In this document: positions 62,032 through 64,000 of the stretch, in pieces | Numbering within the stretch: position 1 is the stretch's first letter | Layout of the letters: every line of letters starts with the position of its first letter | NCBI GenBank assembly: GCA_904063045.1 | Contig: CAJFCJ010000005.1 | Location: 2,660,165 to 2,724,164 of the forward strand | Direction: 5' to 3' | DNA from: Dimorphilus gyrociliatus | Lineage: Eukaryota > Animalia > Annelida | DNA: 64,000 nt | Position numbers and translations under genes: made by a program | Notes under the pieces: generated by a model | Databases searched by the model: none | Seen by the model: the letters and a program-made list of their open reading frames with translations, nothing else | Told to the model about the DNA's origin: nothing

Positions 62032-64000
62032 TCCTTTTACGACGGCTAATGTTGACATATTTTAGCGCATTCTCAGTTCAAACTTAAACGTCGGGTCCTG
62101 TGATCCAAACGTGTTGAATAAACACAGGAAATCGGTTATAACCTTACTCGCCCAAGTTATTTCTTTCTGTTGTGTTTTTTTTCTCATTCTGTAACCTTTT
62201 TTCGAAAACGTAACAACAATTCATTATCAGTATTTTGTTTTTTTTTAAGCCCAAATATGTAAGCCTATATTTTATATTATAAAGAGAGTAAAAGAGTGGG
62301 AGTAATTGAACACGAATAGGCCTAAGATCATAGGGTGAACTAGAATGAATATACGTAGGTATTTTGTAATACAAAGACCCTATCACGGCCGAGTGAATGT
62401 GACATAGTGGCTGGCTTTATAAAAGAGTATAACGATTCTTTCGATAAACCCCTGGACCCTCGTCCCGTGTCTCTTTTCATTCAACCTTTCATTGATTATT
62501 ATTACCGTTATTACTTTTTAAAAGATTTATAAAGAAAGTGTTACTCTTTTTTTTATTTAACGTCTCACTATCCTCTTTGAACGAAAGAAAACTAAGCTCC
62601 TCTTCCTTTTCGTTTTCTTTTTTTTTCTTTCTTGTTCAATTCCTATCGTTCTTTATTTATATTCTAGTACTCACGGTAGTTTGGCTATATTTACGCTGGT
62701 ATCGATTAGTTCTAACGCTTCGGGTATGTAGTCCTATATGACCAATACGCTTGAACAGATGTTCCAGTTAAAGGAGTAACGAAACGTCAATAACATTGGG
62801 GGGAAAGTATTGATCGGTTTTTAAAAAAAGAAAAAAAAACGCCTTGAAATTTGTATATATACAACATCTACCAGCTCCTTTCTGTTGGCTTTTTATCATC
62901 GTTTATATTATTACTTTTACTCGTCTTAAATCCTTTCTCCGGGGAGATCGAAAAGCCGGGGTGATAAAAGAAGGTAGGATAAAAACGCAGGCGTTGTATA
63001 AACACGCGTACGCGCCGCTAATTGCGGAAAGTTACATAATAAGTGTGACGTCATAAGTGTCGTTGGAGCTTACCAGGGGGTAAAAAGAACTTTTTTTTAA
63101 CCGTTTCAACAGTATAAAGAGCGCGTTAGACGAAAAATAGAGGTATTATAGAGGGAAAGAGTGAGAGAAAGAATGGGAAAAGGGGGAGTAAAATTGTAAG
63201 ATTATGGACAAGAGAGAAAGAGGCACTCTTACCAGTTTCCTACTGTTTTCTTACCTGCGTAAAAATTAGAACTATACACAAAAAAAGAAATACGATTTAT
63301 ATTGAAAATGATTCAAGAATAATCATTTAAATAATAGGCTACTGTAATAAAAGAATATTTGTACATATATTTCCATATAGGTATTCGTTCAATCGAATAT
63401 TGAACAGTTAGTAAGTAGTAAATCGTAACCAAAAAAAAGTGTTCAAATCAGTATAAGCGTATATACCTGAGAGTTGAAGAGACGAAGGAGGGAGGGGGGG
63501 GAGAGGGACAAAAAAAAAAAACCGCGTTCAAAAATTTAGGTCGATGCGATCTCAGCGGGTAGCGTTCGAAACGGGGCTGCTTACAAAACACACATTCTGT
63601 ATAATTGAGGATTACTGGCTATTGTTGTATGAGCCCTAGATTTTTTTACGCTTTATATATATGTAGATATATATATATAAACTATCGGGTGTTTATAAAA
63701 TATGCGAAAGTTAAGGGGGGAAAACAAAAAAAAACAGGGTCTAAGAATTAAACTATACAGCGTAAAGGATAGGCTTTAACGGAACTGAACAACAAAGGCA
63801 ATCAACAATAAGTTATCTGTGATATCTTGTTCATTCCCCGTGTTGGGAATAGGGATAATTATGCAATAAAAAAATAGACGGTACGTTTAGCTCACATCAA
63901 ACGCTAATTAGATACGAAATTTCTCACTCTAAACATTATAATCGTTTTATGAGGCGATTTGGCTTTTTTTTAAGCCTATATATGTTATTGGAAGCAATTT

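Noticed and set aside
63482-63510. G-rich run GGAGGGAGGGGGGGGGAGAGGG as a G-quadruplex
   Set aside because: More simply a purine/homopolymer tract like the many A/T runs nearby; no functional context.
63545-63580. CTCAGCGGGTAG…GTTCGAAAC resembling tRNA A/B boxes
   Set aside because: The boxes are adjacent with no room for an anticodon arm, and no cloverleaf forms.

Overview
AT-rich, gene-dense animal DNA with very short spliceosomal introns (mostly about 45-75 bp). This fits a compact-genome invertebrate, plausibly a spiralian such as the annelid Dimorphilus, but the taxon is inference only. I found no CRISPR array, tRNA/rRNA gene or recognisable transposon. Gene order: TRMT11(-), PSMF1/PI31(+), intronless tandem two-domain Rab-like GTPase(+), DIDO1/PHF3-like(-), an apparently gene-poor ~5 kb gap, PTP4A/PRL(-) with a peptide-coding uORF, GUF1(+) with an antisense class-A GPCR nested in an intron, MIPEP(+), a large disordered REDIC1/C12orf40-like protein(+), RPN2(-), NDUFB1(+), C1orf198(-), an SLC16/MCT transporter(+), MAT2B(+), NFATC2IP/Rad60-like(-), intronless CARS1(+), SUPT7L(+), and the first ~5 kb coding exon of a Dachsous protocadherin(+), which runs off the window. 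The strongest candidates for new biology are (1) the unprenylated double Rab with a pseudo-GTPase-like second domain, (2) the PRL uORF, which can be fed in frame by two different upstream exons, (3) the intron-filling antisense GPCR with degenerate microswitches, (4) a multivalent LC8-motif and SIM array in the REDIC1-like protein, and (5) the intronless, insertion-bearing CysRS. All family assignments come from manual translation and remembered family motifs; no database search was run.
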